Under the pieces are notes generated by a model. It saw only the letters and a list, made by a program, of their open reading frames with translations. It searched no databases and was not told the DNA's origin. This document shows positions 17,233-26,730 of a stretch of 64,000 nt of DNA, piece after piece (the stretch's first letter is position 1; the number at the start of each line of letters is the position of its first letter). Origin of the DNA: Methanomassiliicoccaceae archaeon. GTDB taxonomy: Archaea > Thermoplasmatota > Thermoplasmata > Methanomassiliicoccales > Methanomassiliicoccaceae. Where the stretch lies: the NCBI GenBank assembly GCA_040776945.1, contig JAXGZN010000001.1:480001-544000 (forward strand), given 5' to 3'. The translations under genes were made by a program, and so were the position numbers.

Positions 17233-17987
17233 TCGTAAAGAGCTGGCTCTAGGACGAACTTGCAAAAGTTGCACTTGGTGCCGAAGCACTCCGACTGCGT
17301 CACCCTCAGCGGCACACCGGTGCGGGTGTCGAAGATGGATTCGATTATTCCCTCGTTGAGTGTGCATAGCGTCTTCCCGACATCCGGAGCATCGGACATG
17401 TCGTAGTCATCCTTCACTATCAAGGTGAGCGGTACGAGCGAGTAGACGTTGACGTCCCCCAGGTCGTGCCGGGCGAAGAACTCCTTGACCTCGTCCACCA
17501 GTCCTTTCATGTCGGTGGATCTCATGTGCCGGGCGACGGCAGTGCCGATCTGCCGGCCTATGTCCTTGAGCACCGGGTCCATGTTAAGCCCTATCGCCTC
17601 CACTCCGATGACCAGGGCCCGCAGCTCGCCCTTTATGAACCTGGTCGGCGAGCCGATGCTCTTGTCGATTATGTTGGTTACCGATCGGGTAAGGTCCTCC
17701 CGCGGGACGACCGAGGAGCCCACGGGCTTGGATACCAGATAGAATATCTTTCGCCGGTTGTCCGAGGGATCGTCCCTCGAGGCCACCAGCCCTTCCTTGA
17801 CCATCTTGTCCAGGTGCACTGAGAGCGTGGATTGTGCCTTGCCGGTCAACTGGGCGATCTCTGATAGGCTCAGGTCCCTTCTCTGCAGCTCGCTCAATAT
17901 CTTTTGCCTGACCGGGTTTGAAATCTGCTTGAGCCCGGAGCTTGTCGAGTAGACATCAAGAGCGGAGCTCTTTTTCATCGGCTTCAC
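17229..17987 (-). CDS. ArsR-type HTH + V4R transcription regulator (MsvR-like architecture)
   Basis: NPVRQKIL...KAQSTLSVHL HTH; V4R region LCTLNEGII...ECFGTKCNFCKF. Confidence 0.85.
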   Translation of the reverse strand: MKPMKKSSALDVYSTSSGLKQISNPVRQKILSELQRRDLSLSEIAQLTGKAQSTLSVHLDKMVKEGLVASRDDPSDNRRKIFYLVSKPVGSSVVPREDLTRSVTNIIDKSIGSPTRFIKGELRALVIGVEAIGLNMDPVLKDIGRQIGTAVARHMRSTDMKGLVDEVKEFFARHDLGDVNVYSLVPLTLIVKDDYDMSDAPDVGKTLCTLNEGIIESIFDTRTGVPLRVTQSECFGTKCNFCKFVLEPALYD

Positions 17988-18019
17988 TACTCCAATGCAA
18001 TGGTCATTATTAATTTGTT

Positions 18020-18031
18020 ACGAACATTCGT
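18020..18031. promoter_or_regulatory. Palindrome in the divergent promoter region (candidate operator)
   Basis: ACGAA-CA-TTCGT in the AT-rich gap between the regulator and mtnA. Confidence 0.45.
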
Positions 18032-18097
18032 TTAACGGTGTTAATACAACAAGGCCAATATCTTAGTATATCGGTTTGGAATGACACAGCGGTCATC

Positions 18098-19123
18098 ATG
18101 AGGGTGCGGTTAGGTAAGGAGAGCATCGAGACAAGGGCCGTTTGGTTCGAGCGGGGCATGCTCCGCATGATCGACCAGCGTCTCATCCCGCAGAAGTTCA
18201 AGGTCGTCGATCTGGTCGATCATCACGAGGTCGCGGAAGCTATCCGCAACATGACCGTGAGAGGCGCTCCCTCCATCGGCGCCGCTGCCGCCTACGGAAT
18301 GGCCTTGGCGGCGCGGAACGAGGCTGATGTCAGAGGGGCCGCGGAGGAGCTGAAGAGCACCAGGCCCACGGCCTATGACCTGTTCTACGCGGTGGACCAC
18401 ATGCTGGGCTCGCTGGAGCTTGGGGATGACCCGGTGCAGGCGGCGGACGCCTATGCAGACCAGGTCGTGGAGCGCTGCCGGCTCATCGGAAAGTACGGTG
18501 CCGATCTGATCGGGGAGGAAACGAACATCATGACCCACTGCAACGCCGGCGCCCTGGCCACGGTCGATATAGGCACGGCCCTGGCACCCATCCGCGCGGC
18601 GTGGACCGCGGGGCGGCATATCTACGTCTACGTCTCGGAAACGAGGCCCCGACTGCAGGGGATGAAGCTCACCGCCTGGGAGCTTTACAATGAAGGGATC
18701 CCGCACTCCATAATCGTGGACGGCGCCGCCGGCCATTTCCTCCGGAAGGACGTCAACATGGTCATCGTGGGCGCCGACCGCGTCGCCGCCAACGGCGACT
18801 TCGCCAACAAGATCGGGACCTTTGACAAGGCAGTCCTGTGCCACGAGCTGGGAGTGCCGTTCTACGTCGCCGCGCCAATATCCACGTTCGACTTCTCCAT
18901 CGCCAGCGGGGACAACATCGTCATCGAGGACCGATCCGAGGAGGAGGTCACCCACGTGGGCAGGGAGCGCCTCGCGCCGGAAGGCTCGGCGGCCCTAAAC
19001 CCCTCGTTCGACATGACCCGGGCGAAGTATGTCACAGGGTTCATAACCGAGGCCGGGGTCCTCCGCCCGCAGGAGATCGGCCGGCTGCGAAAGGAGCAGT
19101 TCGAGGAGGAGGGGGACCTCTGA
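18098..19123 (+). CDS. mtnA: S-methyl-5-thioribose-1-phosphate isomerase
   Basis: IDQR, VRGAPSIG, TRPTA, THCNAGALAT, ETRPRLQG, VGADR, ANKIGT, NPSFD. Confidence 0.95.
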   Translation: MRVRLGKESIETRAVWFERGMLRMIDQRLIPQKFKVVDLVDHHEVAEAIRNMTVRGAPSIGAAAAYGMALAARNEADVRGAAEELKSTRPTAYDLFYAVDHMLGSLELGDDPVQAADAYADQVVERCRLIGKYGADLIGEETNIMTHCNAGALATVDIGTALAPIRAAWTAGRHIYVYVSETRPRLQGMKLTAWELYNEGIPHSIIVDGAAGHFLRKDVNMVIVGADRVAANGDFANKIGTFDKAVLCHELGVPFYVAAPISTFDFSIASGDNIVIEDRSEEEVTHVGRERLAPEGSAALNPSFDMTRAKYVTGFITEAGVLRPQEIGRLRKEQFEEEGDL

Positions 19124-19743
19124 ACGAGGACCGGGGCCGGAAAGACCTTGCCATGATATCCCGCCTGGCCTATGGCCGCCGGCTCACGTTCGGCGCCGGA
19201 GGGAACCTCAGCCTCCGGCTGGACGACACGACAGCGCTCATCACCCCCTCGGGAGCGATAAAGGGGCTGCTCACGCCAGAACAGATGATCAGGGTCGACA
19301 TCGGCACGGGCAGAGCGGAGACGGGAAGGCCGTCGATGGAGACACCTTTCCACATGGGGATCTACCGCGCCCGCCCGGACGTAGGGGCGGTCGTCCACCT
19401 CCATCCGACGGCGTGCACCGTTCTAGCGGTGATGCGCCGCGCGCTCCGGCCTGCCATCACGCCCGAGGGAGTTTTGGTGCTGGGCGACCTCGTCCCCTTG
19501 ATCGGCTACGCCGGCCCAGGCACGACGGAGCTGGCCGACAATATCGTCAGGCAGCTTGGAAAGGCCAACGCCTGCCTGCTGGAAAGCCATGGGGCGCTGG
19601 CGGTGGGGATGGACATCATAGATGCGTTCGGGCGGATGGAAACGCTGGAGTACATCGCCTCCCTCCAGCTCCGCTGCGAGGCGCTGGGAGATTTGGAGGA
19701 ACTGCCTCCTCAGGAAGTGGCCAGGATGCTGTCCAAACAGTGA
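19120..19743 (+). CDS. Class II aldolase (FucA/MtnB/Ald2 family); probable CTG start, alternative ATG at 19153
   Basis: GGNLS, ITPSG, PSMETPFH, VVHLHP, ESHGAL (Zn-binding His residues). Confidence 0.9.
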   Translation: MNEDRGRKDLAMISRLAYGRRLTFGAGGNLSLRLDDTTALITPSGAIKGLLTPEQMIRVDIGTGRAETGRPSMETPFHMGIYRARPDVGAVVHLHPTACTVLAVMRRALRPAITPEGVLVLGDLVPLIGYAGPGTTELADNIVRQLGKANACLLESHGALAVGMDIIDAFGRMETLEYIASLQLRCEALGDLEELPPQEVARMLSKQ

Positions 19744-19964
19744 ACGTCCTGGCCTTGATGGCCGTCGCTCGACGATGCGCCCTCTTGGCCGCAATGCGCT
19801 CAAAGCTGATATCGAGAGCGGCCAGCCCGCTGACATGATCGGCCGATGCGCAGAGCGAGCGGGCGTCCGATCGCAGGGCGCTCGGATCTTGGCCTGTCTG
19901 CCGCTTGGGCAGGGGATCTCGCCTCACGATAAATTGAAATGGTCGCACCTAGTGAGGTGACGCG

Positions 19965-21089
19965 ATGATCCTGGTTACGAAGTGGTTCGGCGTCTTCCTT
20001 GTGGACAAGGAGAACCAGAGAGTGGTCCGCCACCATCTCTTCGAGAAGGACCCCAAGGCCATCGCCGCCAAGCTGGCCCTGGTCCAGAAAGGAGAGGTTC
20101 TTCCGGAGGAGGCGTCCATGGCCCAGAAGAGGATGCGGGTCGCGGAGCCGCGGCTGTCCTCCCTTGGAAAGCCGGAGTTCGTCGATTCCGCGTTCATCAA
20201 GCCCGAGGACTATGGCTTCTCGCCGCAGCTGATGCAGAAGGTCATGGTCGAGCTGGGCAAGATCCGTACCCGAGAGCCACTCCCGGCCGACCGGTTCATC
20301 GTACAGGCCGTGAGGGCGCTGGACGATACCATCGAGATGATCAACCTCACCAGCGAGCGGCTGCACGAGTGGTACGGCCTGCACTTCCCGGAGCTCGCCG
20401 ACTACGCCAGAGAGGAAAGGTACGCCCGGCTCATCGCCGAAAAGGGATCTAGAGAGGCTGTGCAGGACGCGCTGGACCTCCATCTTGAGTCTGTGGGCTC
20501 GGAGCTGGAGGAGAAGGACCTGGAGATCGTCCGCGGCTTTGCCTCCTCGCTGCTACAGCTCTACGGAGAGAAATCAAGGCTGGAAGCTTACATCGCCGGG
20601 AGGATGGAGGAGGCGGCGCCAAATATCACATCCATTGTGGGCGCTAGCCTGGGGGCGAGATTGATCTCGATCGCCGGAGGCCTGAAGAGGCTGTCCCGGA
20701 TGCCCGCTGGCACCGTCCAGTTGCTGGGAGCGGAGAAAGCATTGTTCGCTCATCTCCGACAAGGGAAGCGGCCACCGAAGCATGGGGTCATCTTCCAGCA
20801 TCCCACCGTGCACCGGGCCCCTTATTGGCAGCGTGGGAACATCTCTCGCGCCATGGGCGGGAAGCTGGCCATTGCCTCTAAGGTCGATTACTTCAAGGGA
20901 GGGTTCATAGGGGACCGCCTCAACGAGGACATCGCCCGGCGGGTCGAGGAGATCATGAAGAAGTACCCTGAACCGCCCAAGAAGGAGCTGCGCCCCCGTC
21001 AGGACCGGCGGTCAGAGGGACAACGGCGGGGTCCGCCTCCCAAGGCAGGGAGGCCGCAGAGGTGGCAGGGGAAGAGGGACCTGCGATAG
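19965..21089 (+). CDS. nop5: C/D box sRNP protein Nop5 (Nop56/58)
   Basis: EWYGLHFPEL, APNIT, TVQLLGAEKALF, PPKHGVIFQHP. Confidence 0.95.
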   Translation: MILVTKWFGVFLVDKENQRVVRHHLFEKDPKAIAAKLALVQKGEVLPEEASMAQKRMRVAEPRLSSLGKPEFVDSAFIKPEDYGFSPQLMQKVMVELGKIRTREPLPADRFIVQAVRALDDTIEMINLTSERLHEWYGLHFPELADYAREERYARLIAEKGSREAVQDALDLHLESVGSELEEKDLEIVRGFASSLLQLYGEKSRLEAYIAGRMEEAAPNITSIVGASLGARLISIAGGLKRLSRMPAGTVQLLGAEKALFAHLRQGKRPPKHGVIFQHPTVHRAPYWQRGNISRAMGGKLAIASKVDYFKGGFIGDRLNEDIARRVEEIMKKYPEPPKKELRPRQDRRSEGQRRGPPPKAGRPQRWQGKRDLR

Positions 21090-21187
21090 GGCGCCAACGC
21101 CTGCAACTAGTAACTGGCCGCTAATCTGGACAAGCTTGTTAAAAGCAAACTATATAAGCTGGCGGCGATTTCCCTCATTTGATATAT

Positions 21188-21571
21188 ATGTGGACACAGG
21201 CCGAGGTAAGGGAGCTCAAGGTAGGTCGCTACATGCTCATCGATGATGAACCCTGCAAGATTCTTTCCATTGACACTTCCAAGCCCGGTAAGCACGGCGA
21301 GGCCAAGAGCCGCATCGACGCCGTAGGGCTCTACGACGGCAAGAAGCGGAGCGTGGTGCACCCAGTGAAGCACAAGGTGCAGGTGCCCATGATCGACAAG
21401 CGCAAGGGACAGATACTCCACATTGCCGGCGATGAGGCCCAGATGATGGACCTGGAGACCTACGAGCAGTTCTCCCTTCCCATTGATGAGGAGCTCAAGG
21501 GGCAATTGAACCCCGGTGACGAGGTGCTCTACATGGTCGCGATGGGCAAGAAGAAGATCACCAAGGTGTGA
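21188..21571 (+). CDS. eif5a: Translation factor aIF-5A
   Basis: Hypusine loop [10 protein letters not shown]; QMMDLETYE; TATA ctatataag at about 21150. Confidence 0.97.
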   Translation: MWTQAEVRELKVGRYMLIDDEPCKILSIDTSKPGKHGEAKSRIDAVGLYDGKKRSVVHPVKHKVQVPMIDKRKGQILHIAGDEAQMMDLETYEQFSLPIDEELKGQLNPGDEVLYMVAMGKKKITKV

Positions 21572-21584
21572 GCTGGTCGTTACG

Positions 21585-22496
21585 ATGCCCACACCAGGAA
21601 TAACCTTCCTGGGCGCCGACACCTCTTATCAGGCCTCCAGGTTCTGCGTCCTGGGCGTCCCGTTCGACCTCACTACCAGCTTTCGTCCGGGTGCCAGATC
21701 GGCACCCACCGCGGTCCGTGAGGCTTCCTATCATCTCGAGAGCTACATGCTGGAGCACGGATTCGATCTTGGCGAAGCCGTCGTCCATGATATGGGCAAT
21801 CTTCCAGACTTCGCCACCATCGATGATATGTTGGACGGAGTGAGGACGGCATCCGCTTTGATCGTTAAGGATGGGAAGTTCCCCATAATCCTGGGCGGCG
21901 AGCATACTGTAAGCGTCCCAGCCATAGAGGCCTTCGAGGACATTGGGGTCATCTTCATCGATGCGCACCTCAATTACAACGAGTCCGGAGTAGGACAGAG
22001 ATACTGCCATGATACCGTTGTGCGTCGGGCGGCGGACCACGTTGGCAAGGACAATATGCTCGTCTTCGGCGTTCGTTCGATCTCCGAGGCCGAGCACGCT
22101 GAAGGCGGCCTCCCAGAGTACATCGACTCGTTCACCATAGCCCAGGAAGGCGTTGAAAAAGCTTTTAAGCGCGCCCTCAACATCATCAAGAAGGACAAGA
22201 TCTACCTCAGCCTGGACGTGGACGGCCTTGACCCGGCGTACGCGCCGGCGGCGTCCATGGTGGAACCTTTCGGGTTGACCTCATTCGATGTCAAGCGCTG
22301 CATCAACATGTTAGGTCCCCGGCTGGTCGGCTTCGACCTTGTGGAGATATCGCCGCCCTATGATAAGGGGAACACCGCCGCTCTAGGCGCGAGGTTGGCG
22401 CAGGAAGCGATAGCGGTGGCCTGGAAGTATCGCCGGACGGAAAAGGAGAAGGAGAAGAAGGACTCGACCGGACCGCGCCCGTTCTGGAAGCGTTGA
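21585..22496 (+). CDS. speB: Agmatinase-family ureohydrolase with a variant metal motif
   Basis: GVPFDLTTSFRPGAR, GGEH, DAHLN (normally DAHxD), SLDVDGLDP, DLVEISP. Confidence 0.85.
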   Translation: MPTPGITFLGADTSYQASRFCVLGVPFDLTTSFRPGARSAPTAVREASYHLESYMLEHGFDLGEAVVHDMGNLPDFATIDDMLDGVRTASALIVKDGKFPIILGGEHTVSVPAIEAFEDIGVIFIDAHLNYNESGVGQRYCHDTVVRRAADHVGKDNMLVFGVRSISEAEHAEGGLPEYIDSFTIAQEGVEKAFKRALNIIKKDKIYLSLDVDGLDPAYAPAASMVEPFGLTSFDVKRCINMLGPRLVGFDLVEISPPYDKGNTAALGARLAQEAIAVAWKYRRTEKEKEKKDSTGPRPFWKR

Positions 22497-22517
22497 TCCG
22501 ACCCCCCTTGCGCACCA

Positions 22518-23864
22518 CTATATAAGGTCGCCCAGGACCTTCTCGCAATCCTCGGAGCGCCGGCGAGCATCCTCCTCGGTCCTGGCCTCAGAGTACACTC
22601 GGAACAGAGGCTCGGTGCCCGATGGCCTGACCAATGTCCAGCCATCATCGAAGCATATCTTGACCCCATCTGTAGTGTCAACCCTCTGCGACGAATAGTA
22701 CCGTACCAGGGCGGCGAGCACGGCCTCCTTGCGATCGTCCGGGCACTCCATTTTCCGCTTGTCCTGGCTATACGCAGGTATGCGGTCCACAAGCTTGGAC
22801 AGCGGACCGTCAGCGGCGACCACCTCGAGCATCTTGGCAACCGTCATCCCCCCATCCCGGCAATACTGGTGCTTGGGGAATATCAGCCCGCCGTTCTCCT
22901 CTCCACCGAAGACCGCCCCGATCTCGATCATCTTCCTCGCCACCACTGGAGCGCCCACCCGGGTGTAAACGACGTTCCCGCCGGCTCTCCGGACGACGTC
23001 CTCGACGGCCATGGACGACGATACCGGCGTCACCACGGTGCCGCCTCCGTTCTCCCGGACCATCGCCTCGGCGATTATGGCCAGGGACTTGTCTCCGTAC
23101 ATGTATCGGCCCCTGTCGTCCACGAAGATGGTCCGGTCCGCGTCGCCATCGTGGGCAATGCCCATGTCCGCGCCGGTGTCCTTGACCATGATTATCAGGT
23201 CCCTGAGGTGGGATTCAACGGGTTCAGATGGATGCCCGGGGAAGGTACCCTGCGGGTTGCTGTTGAGAGTGATCGCACGGACGTTGAGGTCGTCCAGAAG
23301 CTGAGGGGCGGTCACCGCCCCGGCCCCGTTGGCGCAGTCAAGCACCACGGTCAACCCGGCGCCCCGGATGGCGTCGGCGTCCACCAAGCGCTTAACCGAC
23401 CCAAGGTAATCGTCCACCGCCCCGGTGGCCTGTCTCAGGTCACCGACGCCGCGCCAGTCCATGGTGCGGAAGCTCTTGCTGAAATAGAGCCGCTCGATCT
23501 CCTCTTCCTTGGTCCGAGGCATCTCCGTTCCATCGGAATCGACGCACTTGATCCCGTTGAACTCCGGAGGATTGTGCGAGGCAGTGATCATCACTCCGCC
23601 CGCAAGGCCATTGTTCTTCACGTAATGCTGCACCACTGGCGTTGGCACCAGACCGAGGTCGAGGACGTCTGACCCGGCGCTCATGATCCCCGCGGACACC
23701 GCGCTCTTGATCATGGTGGCGGAGGTTCTGGAGTCGTTGCCCACGGCCACCTGGCCGCCCATGAACGTTCCGATGGCCTTACCCAGGTCCATGGCCAACT
23801 GGACGTTCATGTCCTTGTTGATCACTCCCCTCACCCCGTTGGTGCCGAACAACCTCTCCGCCAT
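22518..23864 (-). CDS. glmM: Phosphohexomutase (phosphoglucosamine mutase / PMM-PGM family)
   Basis: LFGTNGVRG, TASHNPPE, DGDADR, GEENG, RPSGTEP. Confidence 0.9.
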   Translation of the reverse strand: MAERLFGTNGVRGVINKDMNVQLAMDLGKAIGTFMGGQVAVGNDSRTSATMIKSAVSAGIMSAGSDVLDLGLVPTPVVQHYVKNNGLAGGVMITASHNPPEFNGIKCVDSDGTEMPRTKEEEIERLYFSKSFRTMDWRGVGDLRQATGAVDDYLGSVKRLVDADAIRGAGLTVVLDCANGAGAVTAPQLLDDLNVRAITLNSNPQGTFPGHPSEPVESHLRDLIIMVKDTGADMGIAHDGDADRTIFVDDRGRYMYGDKSLAIIAEAMVRENGGGTVVTPVSSSMAVEDVVRRAGGNVVYTRVGAPVVARKMIEIGAVFGGEENGGLIFPKHQYCRDGGMTVAKMLEVVAADGPLSKLVDRIPAYSQDKRKMECPDDRKEAVLAALVRYYSSQRVDTTDGVKICFDDGWTLVRPSGTEPLFRVYSEARTEEDARRRSEDCEKVLGDLI

Positions 23865-23868
23865 CACA

Positions 23869-24555
23869 TCACCGGACCTTGTGGGCATCGGAAGTGATCA
23901 GGATGTGTATAATGTCAGCGACGTCCTTGCAGGAGTCGGAGGCGTTCTCGATGCCATGGAGCATGTCTCTCAGGAGGAACACCGCCCGGGGATCTATGTC
24001 CGAGAACAGGATCTCCTTCTTGGTGACGAAGTACAGCTCGTCGAGAACATGCTCCAGCCTCTCGACCTCTCGGGAGTGTCTTTCCGCCTTCTCGTCGTTG
24101 ATGCCGAGGTTCTCTATGCTGGCCCTAAGCTCCTTGGTGGCCCGCTCCAGCTCGATGGTCATCTCGTGATAGTGGGACCAAAGGCTGCAGGGCACCTTGA
24201 CCCCGGCCTCTAGGATGAGCTGCAGGTTCATTCCCGCTTCCTTGGACCAGTCGGCGATGTAGTCCATTCGGCGGACCAGACGCATCAGGTCCTCCCGTTC
24301 CTTGGGCTCCATGTCCCCCTTGCTCAGCTCCATGCTCATCCTCTCCTCGAGGCTGTCCGCTTCCTGCTCTAAGAGCAGCATGCGGTTCAGGGCCTCCATG
24401 GCCTTTGCCGGGTCCGAGCCGCACAGGGCGGTGACAGCCTTGTTCAGTTCGGAGGTCGCGTCCCCTACCGCGCGCACATGGTCTCGTATGCCGCTCATGA
24501 CCATCGACTCTCGGCGTTTGCCAAACCATTCCAGCAACGATTTCCTTTCATTCAA
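23869..24555 (-). CDS. DUF47 / PhoU-like phosphate transport regulator
   Basis: All-helical; LEQEAD, REDLMRL...DYIAD, LEHVLD, IENASDSCKD repeats. Confidence 0.85.
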   Translation of the reverse strand: MNERKSLLEWFGKRRESMVMSGIRDHVRAVGDATSELNKAVTALCGSDPAKAMEALNRMLLLEQEADSLEERMSMELSKGDMEPKEREDLMRLVRRMDYIADWSKEAGMNLQLILEAGVKVPCSLWSHYHEMTIELERATKELRASIENLGINDEKAERHSREVERLEHVLDELYFVTKKEILFSDIDPRAVFLLRDMLHGIENASDSCKDVADIIHILITSDAHKVR

Positions 24556-25633
24556 GCTTGATCGCCTCTTGCACGCCCTCGGGCGGTCTAGGGTAAAGTG
24601 TTCCCGACCTCTTGGACCAGATAAGGTCCACGCGGTCGCCTATATTATAGTCTCGGTCCTCGGATGTGCTGACATCGAAGTTGACCCGATCCTCGCTGTC
24701 GGTGTCCACCGTGATACGGATATAGGTGCCCATGAAGGTGATGCTCCTAACTACGGCCCTCATGCCCTGTGAGGCGGGATGCACTCTCTCTGGCCGTATG
24801 GACAATATCACCGCGTCACCCCGCCTGAACGACGACGGTCTTGCTTCCACCACTGTGCCGTCCCTCAGCTCGACCAGGGTGCGGTCCTCCAATATCTCAC
24901 GCACCGTGCCCTCCAGTAGGTTGGTCTCCCCCACGAAGTTGGCGGTGAACAGGTGCTTCGGCGCGAGATATAATTGCTCTGGGGTGTTCGCCTCCACTAT
25001 CTGGCCGTTGCGCATCAGGACTATGCGGTCGGACACTGTCATGGCCTCCTCCTGGTCATGGGTGACGTGAATGACGGTGAGCCCAAGGTCCTTGGTGATC
25101 CTCCTGAGCTCATAACGCAGGTCCATGCGGACCCTGGCGTCCAGCGCGGAAAGGGGCTCGTCCAGCAGGAGGAGCTTTGCGCCTGAGGCCAGCGCCCGGG
25201 CCAGAGAAACCTTCTGTTGCTCCCCACCGGACAGTTCCCCGGGGAACATGTTCATTCGGTCCAGGAGCTTGACCAGCTCAAGATATCGGCGAGGCACCTC
25301 CTCGATGTCCCGCACATCCATGTCCTTTACGATGGGGCCGTAGGATACGTTGCCCAATGCGTTTAGGTGGGGGAAGAGGGCGATGTTCTGGAAAACATAC
25401 CCGATGTCCCTCTCCTCTATAGGCACGCCCTTCATGTCCCTGCCGCCTATGAGCACTGAGCCCTCTGAGGGCTCGATTATCCCCGCGATCATCCGTATCA
25501 GCGTCGTCTTCCCGCATCCAGAAGGCCCCAGGATGGTGAGATATTCCCCATCGGCGATCTTGAGGTCGATGTTCCGGGAGGCGACCACCTTCCCGAAGCG
25601 TTTCCCGATCCCCCGGAGCTCGACCTCAGGCAT
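24548..25633 (-). CDS. ABC transporter ATP-binding protein (PotA/CysA/FbpC type, TOBE domain)
   Basis: GPSGCGKT, LSGGEQQ, LLLDEP, VTHDQEEA. Confidence 0.95.
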   Translation of the reverse strand: MPEVELRGIGKRFGKVVASRNIDLKIADGEYLTILGPSGCGKTTLIRMIAGIIEPSEGSVLIGGRDMKGVPIEERDIGYVFQNIALFPHLNALGNVSYGPIVKDMDVRDIEEVPRRYLELVKLLDRMNMFPGELSGGEQQKVSLARALASGAKLLLLDEPLSALDARVRMDLRYELRRITKDLGLTVIHVTHDQEEAMTVSDRIVLMRNGQIVEANTPEQLYLAPKHLFTANFVGETNLLEGTVREILEDRTLVELRDGTVVEARPSSFRRGDAVILSIRPERVHPASQGMRAVVRSITFMGTYIRITVDTDSEDRVNFDVSTSEDRDYNIGDRVDLIWSKRSGTLYPRPPEGVQEAIKLE

Positions 25634-26730
25634 CAGTCCACCCTCAGCTCGCGCTCCAGCCCGCCCTCTGGGTACGGGAACACCGACGCTTTCCGCACGC
25701 TCCAGTTGAGCCCTATCTCGTCACCAACCGCCACCTGGTCGCGCCTGGTGGCCGGCAGCTTCACGGAGTAGCGCCCCAGCCCGGGGACGTCGACGTCCAA
25801 GTGCACGATGCGGCCCTCGAACAAGGCCCTCTCCACCGTCCCGGTCAGGAAGGCATCGCTCTTCTTCACCACCCTGGTGTTGCCGATCTTTACCGCCACC
25901 ACCACCTTGGAATCAGCGGGCAGGGCGCATGGCCGGGCGAACACTACGCGCCCGTCCTCGTCATGCACGGTGGTCGTCCGGTCGTTGCCGGAGCACAGCA
26001 CCGAGCCGGTGAAGAAGTTGGACTGCCCGACGAAGTTGGCCACGAAGGGCGTTGCCGGACTATCGAAAACCTCTCGGGGAGTGCCTATCTGGATGATGCG
26101 GCCGTTGCGTATGACCGCGATCCTATCGGCCATCACCAGAGCCTCCTCCTGATCGTGGGTGACGTGAATGACGGTGAGCCCCAGGGCCTTGGCCATGGAC
26201 CGTAGCTCGTACCGGAGGTCGATCCTCAGTCTGGCATCAAGGGCCCTCAGGGGCTCGTCCAATAGCAGAACGTCTGGGTTAGTGGCCAGGGCCCTGGCCA
26301 GCGCGCTCCTCTGCTGCATCCCTCCGGAAAGCTCGCGTGGATAGGCGTCCGCCCGCTTGGTCAGGCGGACAAGGTCCAACAGCTCGACGAGCGTCCGCTT
26401 CCTGATGTCCTCGGGCACCTTCCGGATCTCCGGCCCGAACATGACGTTCTCGGCCACGGTCATGGTCGGGAACAGCGAGTATGTCTGCGACAGCAACACT
26501 GCGCTGCGCTCCTCCGGCTCAAGGTCGGTGACATCCCGCACGTCCAGGAATACCTGCCCTGAGTCCGGGCGGGTCAGGCCGGCGATTATCCTCAGGGCGG
26601 TCGTCTTGCCGGCCCCGGTGGGTCCCAGAAGGCAAAGGTACTCGCCGTCCTCCACCATGATCTCTAGGTCATCTGCGGCGATCACATCGCCGAACCGCTT
26701 GTTGATCTTCCGAAGAGTGATGCTGGGCGT
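25633..26730 (-). CDS. ABC transporter ATP-binding protein, second paralogue; probable ACG start, track start GTG 26685
   Basis: GPTGAGKT, LSGGMQQ, LLLDEP; the upstream in-frame extension TPSITLRKINKRFG matches the paralogue N-terminus. Confidence 0.93.
   Translation of the reverse strand, partial: TPSITLRKINKRFGDVIAADDLEIMVEDGEYLCLLGPTGAGKTTALRIIAGLTRPDSGQVFLDVRDVTDLEPEERSAVLLSQTYSLFPTMTVAENVMFGPEIRKVPEDIRKRTLVELLDLVRLTKRADAYPRELSGGMQQRSALARALATNPDVLLLDEPLRALDARLRIDLRYELRSMAKALGLTVIHVTHDQEEALVMADRIAVIRNGRIIQIGTPREVFDSPATPFVANFVGQSNFFTGSVLCSGNDRTTTVHDEDGRVVFARPCALPADSKVVVAVKIGNTRVVKKSDAFLTGTVERALFEGRIVHLDVDVPGLGRYSVKLPATRRDQVAVGDEIGLNWSVRKASVFPYPEGGLERELRVD

Noticed and set aside
19744-19964. 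C/D box guide RNA next to nop5
   Set aside because: No properly spaced RUGAUGA...CUGA box pair could be identified.
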